A DNA stretch of 37,032 nucleotides from a virus. Lineage: Duplodnaviria > Caudoviricetes. The notes under the pieces are model-generated. The model saw only the letters and a list, made by a program, of their open reading frames with translations, had not been told where the DNA came from and made no database searches. This document shows positions 28,603 through 35,825 of the stretch, piece after piece (the stretch's first letter is position 1; every line of letters starts with the position of its first letter). The stretch is from IMG/VR virus record IMGVR_UViG_3300032219_000696, positions 1 to 37,032 of that record; one strand, given 5' to 3'. The translations under genes and the position numbers were made by a program.

Positions 28603-28741
28603 TTCGTTTTGCTATGTTCTTGAGGATGTTTAACCACCCAGTTTGCTTCTTAGGTTGGCTAATTGCTTTGATGATTGCTAAGGTCAAAACAGGATCGCTC
28701 CCGATTGCTCTGATTGGTTTGTAAATTTGTTTTAGTCTCAT
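28586..28741 (-). CDS. Hypothetical 51 aa protein (absent from the ORF track)
   Basis: MRLKQIYKPIRAIGSDP...; ATGA-coupled, fills the gap. Confidence 0.5.
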   Translation of the reverse strand: MRLKQIYKPIRAIGSDPVLTLAIIKAISQPKKQTGWLNILKNIAKRNGVSL

Positions 28742-28944
28742 TGTGTAAGTGTGTTGATTTCGTTTTTGTGTCTCCAGACTTCAAGCCCTCTTGGCGTTTC
28801 GACTAGCGAGGATCGGCATCCCGCCATGTCACGCAAGACGGTTCTCAGCCATGTCATTTCTGTTTCGCACTTCTCGTTGTACGGCATGGTGATCGAGGTA
28901 TGTCCAAGTTTGGCGGCTTCTTCTGGTGTAATTATGGTAATCAT
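28738..28944 (-). CDS. Hypothetical protein
   Basis: Packed ORF. Confidence 0.55.
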   Translation of the reverse strand: MITIITPEEAAKLGHTSITMPYNEKCETEMTWLRTVLRDMAGCRSSLVETPRGLEVWRHKNEINTLTQ

Positions 28945-29015
28945 TTTGTGAAATAAACCCTGCTGCAATTCTGCGGGTCACAGTATTTGTATGCCGTTGC
29001 AACTCGGCTTGATGG

Positions 29016-29324
29016 TCAGAACGGAATATCCGAATCGTCATCATCCTCAACTGCCGCTTGTACGTCAGCTTTCATATTCTTAGCTTGGTGGTACGCCTCC
29101 CAGTCAGTAATCTTGGCGTTACCTACGATGATGTCCCGTTCGCCACTCAACTTGCGCTCCTTCGTGACAGCTTGCTTGATAAATCCATCGTCGCCGTATT
29201 GTCCCTTCTCACCCGTGAGGACGAGATTAAGGTTTAGGTACTTCTTGCCAGTTTTTGGCGACTCGTAGATCAAACTCTTGTCGATCTTATCTAGGTTGAT
29301 GCTTAGTGATATGTCTTGTTTCAT
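29016..29324 (-). CDS. Single-stranded DNA-binding protein (probable)
   Basis: Acidic DDDSDIPF tail; follows the recombination genes. Confidence 0.78.
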   Translation of the reverse strand: MKQDISLSINLDKIDKSLIYESPKTGKKYLNLNLVLTGEKGQYGDDGFIKQAVTKERKLSGERDIIVGNAKITDWEAYHQAKNMKADVQAAVEDDDDSDIPF

Positions 29325-30127
29325 TGTTTTATAGCCCAGTGTGGGAGTTTTAGTTTAGTGTTTCCTGAGATTGTTTTCGTCCATTTGTCTTCGCTTACGC
29401 ATTTCTTCCAGAGTGAAATTGCTTTAGTATAGCCATCCCGCCCAAGCTCGATGAATTCGCTGATGTCAACAATCGCGGTTTCATACGGTTCTGACGATTC
29501 GACGAACGCAAGGATGAATCTGTAACGGTTATCCCCTGTAATGGCGTTCCACAAATCGAGGTACATGGCCGCTTGCCAATGGTAGCCTCGGTTCAAGACC
29601 ACATTGACTAAGTTTGCCTCGCTGGTGATCGAGCTAATTGTTTTTAAGTCAATCAGACAATCTCCAGACTTCGGTGCGATGTCAACCATGCCCCTGACGT
29701 TAATTGCGTCCGATTCTGAATACATGGCAACTTCGGTATCGTATCCAGCGACAAGAAGCGGTTGCAGGTCATCGTCATCCATTATCGAATCAACAATGGC
29801 CAATGCTTGCTCATATTGCTCATTCGTTATTGGCGTGATTCCCTTGGCAATCATGTCATCCCGCCATTCCTGCGCGGCCTTCGTCCTGTATGAGTCGAAT
29901 TCGCTGATTGCGTAGTTATCCTGCCATTGATCAAGCGTTAGTGCTAAACAATGAACGAGACTGCCTAAAGCCATCGCAGGAGTGCTTTCCTTGGCTTTTG
30001 AGTGCTTCCATCCCCAAGGACTCTTTGCAAAGTCGAAGAGCATGGATTTGCTGACATATCCGCCAAGGTTTGACGGACTTGCACCACCTTCGTAGTATTT
30101 CCTGCCTAAGTCATGCTCTAGTCTCAT
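29321..30127 (-). CDS. RecE/exonuclease VIII-like PD-(D/E)xK nuclease
   Basis: GSLVHCLAL, EV, RGMVD, IDLKT, YHWQAAMY, FVES.EPY. Confidence 0.9.
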   Translation of the reverse strand: MRLEHDLGRKYYEGGASPSNLGGYVSKSMLFDFAKSPWGWKHSKAKESTPAMALGSLVHCLALTLDQWQDNYAISEFDSYRTKAAQEWRDDMIAKGITPITNEQYEQALAIVDSIMDDDDLQPLLVAGYDTEVAMYSESDAINVRGMVDIAPKSGDCLIDLKTISSITSEANLVNVVLNRGYHWQAAMYLDLWNAITGDNRYRFILAFVESSEPYETAIVDISEFIELGRDGYTKAISLWKKCVSEDKWTKTISGNTKLKLPHWAIKQ

Positions 30128-30906
30128 GGGTTTACCTCCTTTTCGAGTTCTTTAATCATCTCATCCAGAGCAAATCCAGCCTTCTTGCTGGATACCTTCT
30201 TCTCAGGTACAATCTCCGCTTCGATGGTTTCTGGTTCCTTGACGGGTTCCTGTGCTGGTTCCTCTGGTTCTGGCTCGGGTTCTGGCATCACGAATGGGTT
30301 TTTAGGTGTGACGTTCCTAGGTGGTTCCGCGAAGTCACGCACCTCGTCTTGAGTGTACATCCCCAAGCTCATGTCCGAAGCGTAAGCACGGCTCCAGAAG
30401 CTCGCTGCACGGTAGCGGAGCATTTGCCCAGGCATGGTCAGCCACTTGCTTCCGTTCTTGGTACTCCATCCTTCACGTTTAGCCATGTCCAAGGTGATTT
30501 TCTCGCCCTTCAATTCCTCTCCGCTTTCGCGATCCCGTGAAACAGCATAGCAGGAAGTCGGATTGTCGTCGTCGTCCATGATAAAGCGTAAAGGCGAAAA
30601 TTTACCGCTTGCGTTAATCATGCCAATAAGTGCTGTTGCTGACCATGAAGGTCGCCCGTGGATGATTGCGAGGTTTTGGCAGACCATCAAGGGGTCGAGC
30701 CTTGTCCGCTTTGCCACATTGAGAGCAATCGCGCAGTTGGCGACATTTCCCGCAAAGTCTTTAGGTACTAGCGTGGATTTTGAAAGCATCATTGCCTGTC
30801 TTTGGATTAGCTCAAAGGCTTGAGTCTCCGCTTGGACTTTGATCATGACGTAATTCTGTGGTTCGTGCGCCACAATCGCTTCATTTTTTGTTGTTTCAGT
30901 TTCCAT
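30124..30906 (-). CDS. RecT-like ssDNA annealing protein
   Basis: LVPKDF.G..ANC, QNL.IIHGRPSW, KW.TMP.QML.YRA, MGMYT-like LGMYTQDE. Confidence 0.85.
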   Translation of the reverse strand: METETTKNEAIVAHEPQNYVMIKVQAETQAFELIQRQAMMLSKSTLVPKDFAGNVANCAIALNVAKRTRLDPLMVCQNLAIIHGRPSWSATALIGMINASGKFSPLRFIMDDDDNPTSCYAVSRDRESGEELKGEKITLDMAKREGWSTKNGSKWLTMPGQMLRYRAASFWSRAYASDMSLGMYTQDEVRDFAEPPRNVTPKNPFVMPEPEPEPEEPAQEPVKEPETIEAEIVPEKKVSSKKAGFALDEMIKELEKEVNP

Positions 30907-31093
30907 TGTTGTTAAGAAAAGTGTTCTTTTTTTGGTCAATTACGATTCGTGCTTCTGGGTGTCTTGCTTTCGTTTTATCAACGAATTCCTTTAGTTGCTC
31001 AGTTGTTTTGTCGTTTAGGTAGACGACCATTTCTTGGTTTGTACCTAGTAAGACAGTTACTTCGTAGTCTGTTTTATGTTGTTGTGTTTCCAT
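30896..31093 (-). CDS. Hypothetical protein
   Basis: Leader AACACGAA like other early genes. Confidence 0.6.
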   Translation of the reverse strand: METQQHKTDYEVTVLLGTNQEMVVYLNDKTTEQLKEFVDKTKARHPEARIVIDQKKNTFLNNNGN

Positions 31094-31126
31094 TTCGTTC
31101 GTGTTTTATCGTTTTTATTTTATCAT

Positions 31127-31471
31127 TCAAGACAAATTTTCAGTTTCCTCTAAATTCTCATTTATCAAATCCAGCACCGTCTGGGCAGCATCGGCAAATC
31201 TGGGGTCATGCTCGACCAGGTATTGCACCCGCTCCCTTGAGTGCATAATCGTCCCGTGGTGTCTCTTGCCGATTCTCCAACCTGTATCCTGTAACGAATG
31301 CGTTTCGCTCCAGATCGTCGCTAGAAGGTGTCTTGGGGTGCAATACATCGAGAGCTTGCTATCGCTCAAGATTCCCTCTTTAGGTACAGAAAAAACGTGC
31401 GCTACGCAATCTAGAAGCTCTTCAAAACGAGATGCGTCTTCGTCATTTTCTGGCTCAAATCGTGTTTTCAT
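31127..31471 (-). CDS. Stand-alone DnaA domain IV (Bac_DnaA_C)-like HTH protein
   Basis: VAHVFSV...ILS.SK....PRH......SLQDTG..IGKRHHGTIMHS, compared with DnaA RDHTTVLHA. Confidence 0.8.
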   Translation of the reverse strand: MKTRFEPENDEDASRFEELLDCVAHVFSVPKEGILSDSKLSMYCTPRHLLATIWSETHSLQDTGWRIGKRHHGTIMHSRERVQYLVEHDPRFADAAQTVLDLINENLEETENLS

Positions 31472-31707
31472 GCCTTTCTCCTAGCTTCGGTTCTGTTGTC
31501 GTTTCGGATTCGTGAAAGCATCAAGGCGAATCTTATCCTGTCTATTTCCATGGCCTCAAAGCCAAGGATTAAAACAGCGTATTTTTGCCAAGATTCCTTG
31601 CCATGACGGGTGTGAAATCGCGTTGTGGAATTGGTGACGCTACATTTAATCAGATAATTTTTGTAATTATCATTTGCCAGCCATTTTTGTTTTTCAATAG
31701 TCATCAT
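31468..31707 (-). CDS. Hypothetical protein
   Basis: Packed ORF. Confidence 0.55.
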   Translation of the reverse strand: MMTIEKQKWLANDNYKNYLIKCSVTNSTTRFHTRHGKESWQKYAVLILGFEAMEIDRIRFALMLSRIRNDNRTEARRKA

Positions 31708-31987
31708 GTTTAAAATTGTCGTTAAGTTCTTGCTGCATATGTTCTAAATCAATACCTAAGTGATTTAGTAAGGATTGATATTGTTCCCAATTTGGGAACC
31801 CGTAGTGATTATCTGTTGTCTGGTTTCGTTGCCAGTGTTTCCTTAGTTCATTGAGCATTTCCTGTTCTCCAAGGTGGTCTTCAGCGTAGTTTATAACGTG
31901 CTTTAGGTCACTTAGGATGAAGAGCGCATCTTCGGGCGTTGCCCCGCCCTCAGTGAGCAGGTTCAATGCTTGGTTGTCTTGGTTCAT
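31694..31987 (-). CDS. Hypothetical protein
   Basis: Packed ORF. Confidence 0.6.
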   Translation of the reverse strand: MNQDNQALNLLTEGGATPEDALFILSDLKHVINYAEDHLGEQEMLNELRKHWQRNQTTDNHYGFPNWEQYQSLLNHLGIDLEHMQQELNDNFKHDDY

Positions 31988-32526
31988 GGGGTTGTCTCCG
32001 TTATATAGAATTCCTCAATAGTGTTGGCCATAATGCTGGATATTAGCATGAAAACCGCAACCTTCTCAATCGTGTTTTCAACGATGGCATCCCCATGTGG
32101 GTCAAATGCGTGCCACTTTATAGCTCCCCGATAACCATGATTCAACTCGATTGACGGTGCTATTGTGTAACCATTAATCTCCAGCATTATTTCGCTTTGC
32201 CATGACGTTTGTGGGTCCTCGCCAGTCGAAAAGCCAACGTCAATCAACTCAATTTTTGTACCTACAGGCAGGAATCTCTCGATTTTGTAACGTAACCCGT
32301 GACAAAGTAACGAACAGGCAATTGCCGCTTGAGAATCCGTTAGCCCTGATGGTTTAGCAATGTCTCGATTGCTTATTTTTTTACCGTTACCGTGGTCAAC
32401 TTCGATAGACTCGCCTAAAAATGCGTAGACTCGCAATGTGTCAACCGCAAGGCTAAATGGAACAGTTTCGGGCAAGCATCCGCTAATATGAATTTTGCTG
32501 TCTGATTTTGTAAATGATGTTTTCAT
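31984..32526 (-). CDS. Hypothetical early protein
   Basis: MKT start with conserved leader. Confidence 0.7.
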   Translation of the reverse strand: MKTSFTKSDSKIHISGCLPETVPFSLAVDTLRVYAFLGESIEVDHGNGKKISNRDIAKPSGLTDSQAAIACSLLCHGLRYKIERFLPVGTKIELIDVGFSTGEDPQTSWQSEIMLEINGYTIAPSIELNHGYRGAIKWHAFDPHGDAIVENTIEKVAVFMLISSIMANTIEEFYITETTP

Positions 32527-32529
32527 GTT

Positions 32530-32829
32530 TGTTTCGTGTTTGTTAATTAAAGAAATCGTAGAATGCGTGGTTGTCGTTCATGAGAGCCAACTTTCGTGCA
32601 AATCGTTCGATCTTGGGGAATTTCCCTCGACTTCGCGGATTATGGTTGGCAGGTAGGAATTTTTGCCATTTGCACGTTTCACGGCCTTCTGCAATGCTTT
32701 GTCGGCTTTCTCAGCCGCCTCTTCAGTTCGATGGAAAGACAGGATTCCTCCTAAGCGTCCAGGCATTGCGTTGAATGTATTAATTAATGCGTATTTAGTT
32801 TTCATATTGTTTCGTGTTTGTTAATTAAA
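32530..32829. repeat. 22-bp exact direct repeat in early gene leaders (32530-32551, 32808-32829)
   Basis: TGTTTCGTGTTTGTTAATTAAA twice, each just upstream of a - strand ATG AAA AC. Confidence 0.9.
32578..32805 (-). CDS. Hypothetical early protein
   Basis: ILSFHRTEEAAEKA; conserved leader. Confidence 0.7.
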   Translation of the reverse strand: MKTKYALINTFNAMPGRLGGILSFHRTEEAAEKADKALQKAVKRANGKNSYLPTIIREVEGNSPRSNDLHESWLS

Positions 32830-32931
32830 ATAGTGGTAAAATGCATGAAGCAGATGCTTCAGCTTGACGACAAAGGGAATGATTCCCGCGCCGATTAGGC
32901 AACAGGCGAAGACTTCTAATGTGGTTTTCAT
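32821..32931 (-). CDS. 36 aa hydrophobic peptide (absent from the ORF track)
   Basis: MKTTLEVFACCLIGAGIIPFVVKLK...; ATGA-coupled. Confidence 0.5.
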   Translation of the reverse strand: MKTTLEVFACCLIGAGIIPFVVKLKHLLHAFYHYFN

Positions 32932-33179
32932 GCTTTTGATGTAACGATTTTGTAAGACGGGCGCGAGTATTCACCGCTGGATAGTTCATACATGGGCTTT
33001 GCTTGGCTGTAAGAGCCATCAGAATCCCGTTCACAAGCGTATTGATCGCAAAGGTAGTCAATAGCCTCATTTCGCGTTTGAAACTCGATTGCTTGCCCGT
33101 TGTCATGCCGCAATACGCCGTTTTTTGGTGCATTGTGAGACGATGAATAATAAGAATATTTTGCTCTGATTTGGTACAT
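32928..33179 (-). CDS. Hypothetical early protein
   Basis: F.TR.EAIDY and YELSSGEYSRP.Y motifs. Confidence 0.65.
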   Translation of the reverse strand: MYQIRAKYSYYSSSHNAPKNGVLRHDNGQAIEFQTRNEAIDYLCDQYACERDSDGSYSQAKPMYELSSGEYSRPSYKIVTSKA

Positions 33180-33269
33180 TGTTTTTCGTTGTTTGTTGTG
33201 GGTCACTCTCTATTTTCACGGGCTTGTGACCGTCAGGCGGTGTGCCTGGCTAGGTTGCCCCGTAGGGAT

Positions 33270-33449
33270 TTATTTACACCCTCCAGAGGCAAGGAGTTTA
33301 TCAGTCGTCTTATATGGCTTTGCTTTGCTTTCGCTTTGAGCTTTCCACAGTCGAATCATTTCGGCTCTGTCTTCCTGTTCGGTGCTAGGTGTAAGACCTG
33401 AGATCGTAAGTGTGCGCCCCAGATTGTCGGATGTTATTTTTATGGTCAT
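33270..33449 (-). CDS. 59 aa hypothetical early protein (absent from the ORF track)
   Basis: MTIKITSDNLGR...GGCK with A-rich leader. Confidence 0.55.
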   Translation of the reverse strand: MTIKITSDNLGRTLTISGLTPSTEQEDRAEMIRLWKAQSESKAKPYKTTDKLLASGGCK

Positions 33450-33461
33450 GCTTTTTTGTGG

Positions 33462-33662
33462 TTATAAGATTGCGCGGAAAGCCAGTTCATCCGTAATTTC
33501 ACCCGATTTTTCGAGATGATCCACATAGTGGACGAAGGCCATGCGCGTTTCGTCATTGTGGCGGTTATATGGTGCTGTCTTAATGCCCCACATGAGAGCA
33601 TAGGATTCAAGATGTGGGTGATATTGCCAAAATGAGGCGCGGATTTGTTTTTGCGTTGTCAT
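33462..33662 (-). CDS. Hypothetical early protein
   Basis: TQKQIRASFW...R.AFV.YVD.L...GEI. Confidence 0.7.
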   Translation of the reverse strand: MTTQKQIRASFWQYHPHLESYALMWGIKTAPYNRHNDETRMAFVHYVDHLEKSGEITDELAFRAIL

Positions 33663-33712
33663 GTTTTTTGACGTTTAATGTTTGCAAGGGATTGAACCTT
33701 GCTGGTTTGGGT

Positions 33713-34444
33713 TTACTTTGTGGAGATTACGAAACCGCTTTCATCCGCTTTTCCCATGCTGCCTTTTGCGCGTAGTCCAACGATCACACTAGTTTCGTCC
33801 CAAAAGCGGATGTCGGTAATGTCTCCATCAATTACCTTACGCCCCGCCCATGTTGCTGGCAATGGTTGACCTTTTTTAGTATCGAAAACGGCAGCTACAT
33901 TGGCAACAGTATCAATCACGGACAATACCGCCCCAGAATTAGCTTCTGATCTTGAAAATGTAATGTGGTAATTCACTGGCATCTTCCCTTGTCCGTATGC
34001 AATGGCACGGGAAGGATTTTTCGTATAATCGTAGAATTGGACGGCGGGGAATCTTTCCATAAGTGAAACACCAATCTCACCTTTCAAGTTTTCCCAAGGC
34101 AGGTCACTTGTGCCATTCAAGCGAACGGCAGCGATCATGCCAAGCTTCACAGCTTTACGTTCAAGAGCCGCAATGTCCATAGCCAGCATTTCAACGAAAG
34201 CGCGAGGATTAGTGTGAAATAATTTAGTTTTAGCTATCCTGGCACGTTGTACGGAATTAAAAGCACCGCGCCCCGCCGAATAAAGACAAGCGGCCGCACA
34301 CCCTACCGATGCAAATGGGCAAAGGTTTTTCCCGCCGATAGTGTGTGGAGCTAAATAAAGAATGCCAGTAAGAACACCAAGATTTTCACCCTTTGAAGTT
34401 TTAGCGTTGGAAATTCCAAGAAGACTATTTCGTTTTGTTTTCAT
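33713..34444 (-). CDS. Gp88-like protein (Cys-motif family), first early gene
   Basis: NAKT.KG, LAP, CP.AS.GC...CL..AGRG, VRLNGTSD, FYDYTK, DGD..D.RF. Confidence 0.82.
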   Translation of the reverse strand: MKTKRNSLLGISNAKTSKGENLGVLTGILYLAPHTIGGKNLCPFASVGCAAACLYSAGRGAFNSVQRARIAKTKLFHTNPRAFVEMLAMDIAALERKAVKLGMIAAVRLNGTSDLPWENLKGEIGVSLMERFPAVQFYDYTKNPSRAIAYGQGKMPVNYHITFSRSEANSGAVLSVIDTVANVAAVFDTKKGQPLPATWAGRKVIDGDITDIRFWDETSVIVGLRAKGSMGKADESGFVISTK

Positions 34445-34487
34445 GTCGTTTGTTTGTCGTGTTGCGTTGCGTCTTGCAACTGAGAAG

Positions 34488-34516
34488 AACCTACATCACG
34501 AATTTACCATTGCCAA
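34488..34516 (-). promoter_or_regulatory. Early promoter
   Basis: TTGGCA-N17-TAGGTT on the - strand, ~45 nt before the gp88-like ATG. Confidence 0.7.
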
Positions 34517-34678
34517 CAAAAAACTACCAACAAAGTGATTTATTTTCACTTCCGTACGCTTTACGCTCTAAATCAGTGAGTTACACGTGCTAAGCGCGGC
34601 ACGTTAAACAAGCTGCGCTGGTGAATTCGACGAACCGTGAAAGCAAAGTTGATTTGTTATTGAGTAGAGAAGTGATTA

Positions 34679-34710
34679 GTTAGATCGTTAGATGGTTAGA
34701 TCGTTAGACT
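34679..34710. repeat. Tandem 8-mer x4
   Basis: GTTAGATC GTTAGATG GTTAGATC GTTAGACT. Confidence 0.9.
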
Positions 34711-34712
34711 AG

Positions 34713-34810
34713 CAGAATCTAATGCCGCTTGCAATCAATCACCCGCTGGAATCATGCCGCTGAAATCAAACGACCACTCAGAATCAAATTGCCGCTGGAA
34801 TCCATCACCC
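34713..34810. repeat. Iteron-like repeats
   Basis: Five CCGCTGGAATC variants; 32-bp imperfect repeat 34713-44 / 34779-810. Confidence 0.85.
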
Positions 34811-34944
34811 ACACAAAACTTAAACGCAATACGCGTTTAGAACTTATCCCGTTATTATTACGGTAGCGTAATCATTACACGTCAGAATCATACGTGTTCA
34901 TCGAAGCTACGTCATGTAAGACGTAATAGCTTCTTACGGAGTAG

Positions 34945-34974
34945 AGCATAATCAGACTATCTTAAATCCGTCAA
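34945..34974 (-). promoter_or_regulatory. Sigma70-like promoter facing non-coding DNA
   Basis: TTGACG-N18-TATGCT with an upstream A-tract. Confidence 0.65.
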
Positions 34975-35226
34975 GCATTAATTTTTTGCGATCAAGCAAA
35001 TGCGTTCGAAACTTTCACTCTAGAGCTAATCAGGCCGCTAACCTGGGATTATATAAGCGCAAATGACCTGGTCGAATCACAGCGCGAAATGTTCCACAGA
35101 GGTCGCGTGGAACACTCATGACTTGGCATTGGTACGCTGTGCAATGTTCCACGGAATGTTCCACGGATGTTGGCAATGTATGCACAAAGTAAAGTGTGAC
35201 GTTTCTTCACGGATTGACGCAAGCAA

Positions 35227-35242
35227 TGTTCCACGTGGAACA
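35227..35242. promoter_or_regulatory. parS: Chromosomal-type parS site
   Basis: Perfect palindrome TGTTCCACGTGGAACA, matching the bacterial parS consensus. Confidence 0.85.
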
Positions 35243-35476
35243 AACGACAAGCAATCGTTCAATTCAAACAAGTGTTTTAAACAAGCGTACGTTTAAAACG
35301 ATCGTTTAAATTACGCATGACGCAAGTAGTATGCAAATGCAAGCAACAAGCAAACGCCTGGACTATGCAAGCGCATACAATGTGCAATAGGGGGGCGGGG
35401 GTTAGGATTAGGTTGGTGTAGAAATTCCTGTACCATAAGCTAGCCAAACAAAAAATGCTACAATGGGCGAATGTAC

Positions 35477-35506
35477 TTGACAGGTTGGCGTAATTGTGCG
35501 TAGGTT
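35477..35506 (+). promoter_or_regulatory. Late-arm promoter, probably giving a leaderless mRNA
   Basis: TTGACA-N18-TAGGTT with ATG at 35512. Confidence 0.7.
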
Positions 35507-35511
35507 TGTGC

Positions 35512-35769
35512 ATGGCAAGAGGAGATTCATATCAATTGCAGGGTCAGCAGGGCGGGGTGTACCTAAGTGGTACTCAATTCTCGACAAAAAAATTCCGTGT
35601 TATCCATGCGTTAACTGCTACGGTTATTAGCGGCTTTACTTCAACCAATATTGTTGATGATGCTGGTAACCCAATAACTACATTGACATTAGCGGCCAAT
35701 ACGGTTGTTGGTGGTCAGTTTGACGGTGTTCAACTTGCTTCTGGTAGTGTTATTTGTTACTACGCTTAA
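35512..35769 (+). CDS. Small beta-rich virion protein, first late gene
   Basis: 85 aa; GGQF..VQLASGSVICY end. Confidence 0.65.
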   Translation: MARGDSYQLQGQQGGVYLSGTQFSTKKFRVIHALTATVISGFTSTNIVDDAGNPITTLTLAANTVVGGQFDGVQLASGSVICYYA

Positions 35770-35825
35770 TGTGCGGTATGCCGTACAGGACGCATGGCTA
35801 ATGTTGGTTCTATAGCTATTTAAGA

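Noticed and set aside
32299-32311. GTGACAAAGTAAC, matS-like
   Set aside because: Single imperfect copy within a CDS; likely chance
317-33401. Numerous antisense and nested ORFs in the track
   Set aside because: Shadows of well-supported genes with no motifs; only the MTase overlap has independent support
34679-35242. Repeats as a CRISPR or mini-array
   Set aside because: Units are 8-12 bp with irregular spacing, there are no unique 30-40 nt spacers and no cas genes
35049-35296. ORFs 35049-35243 (-, MFHVEH...) and 35063-35296 (+)
   Set aside because: MFHVEH/MFHG are simply translations of parS and its half-sites; no coding-like features
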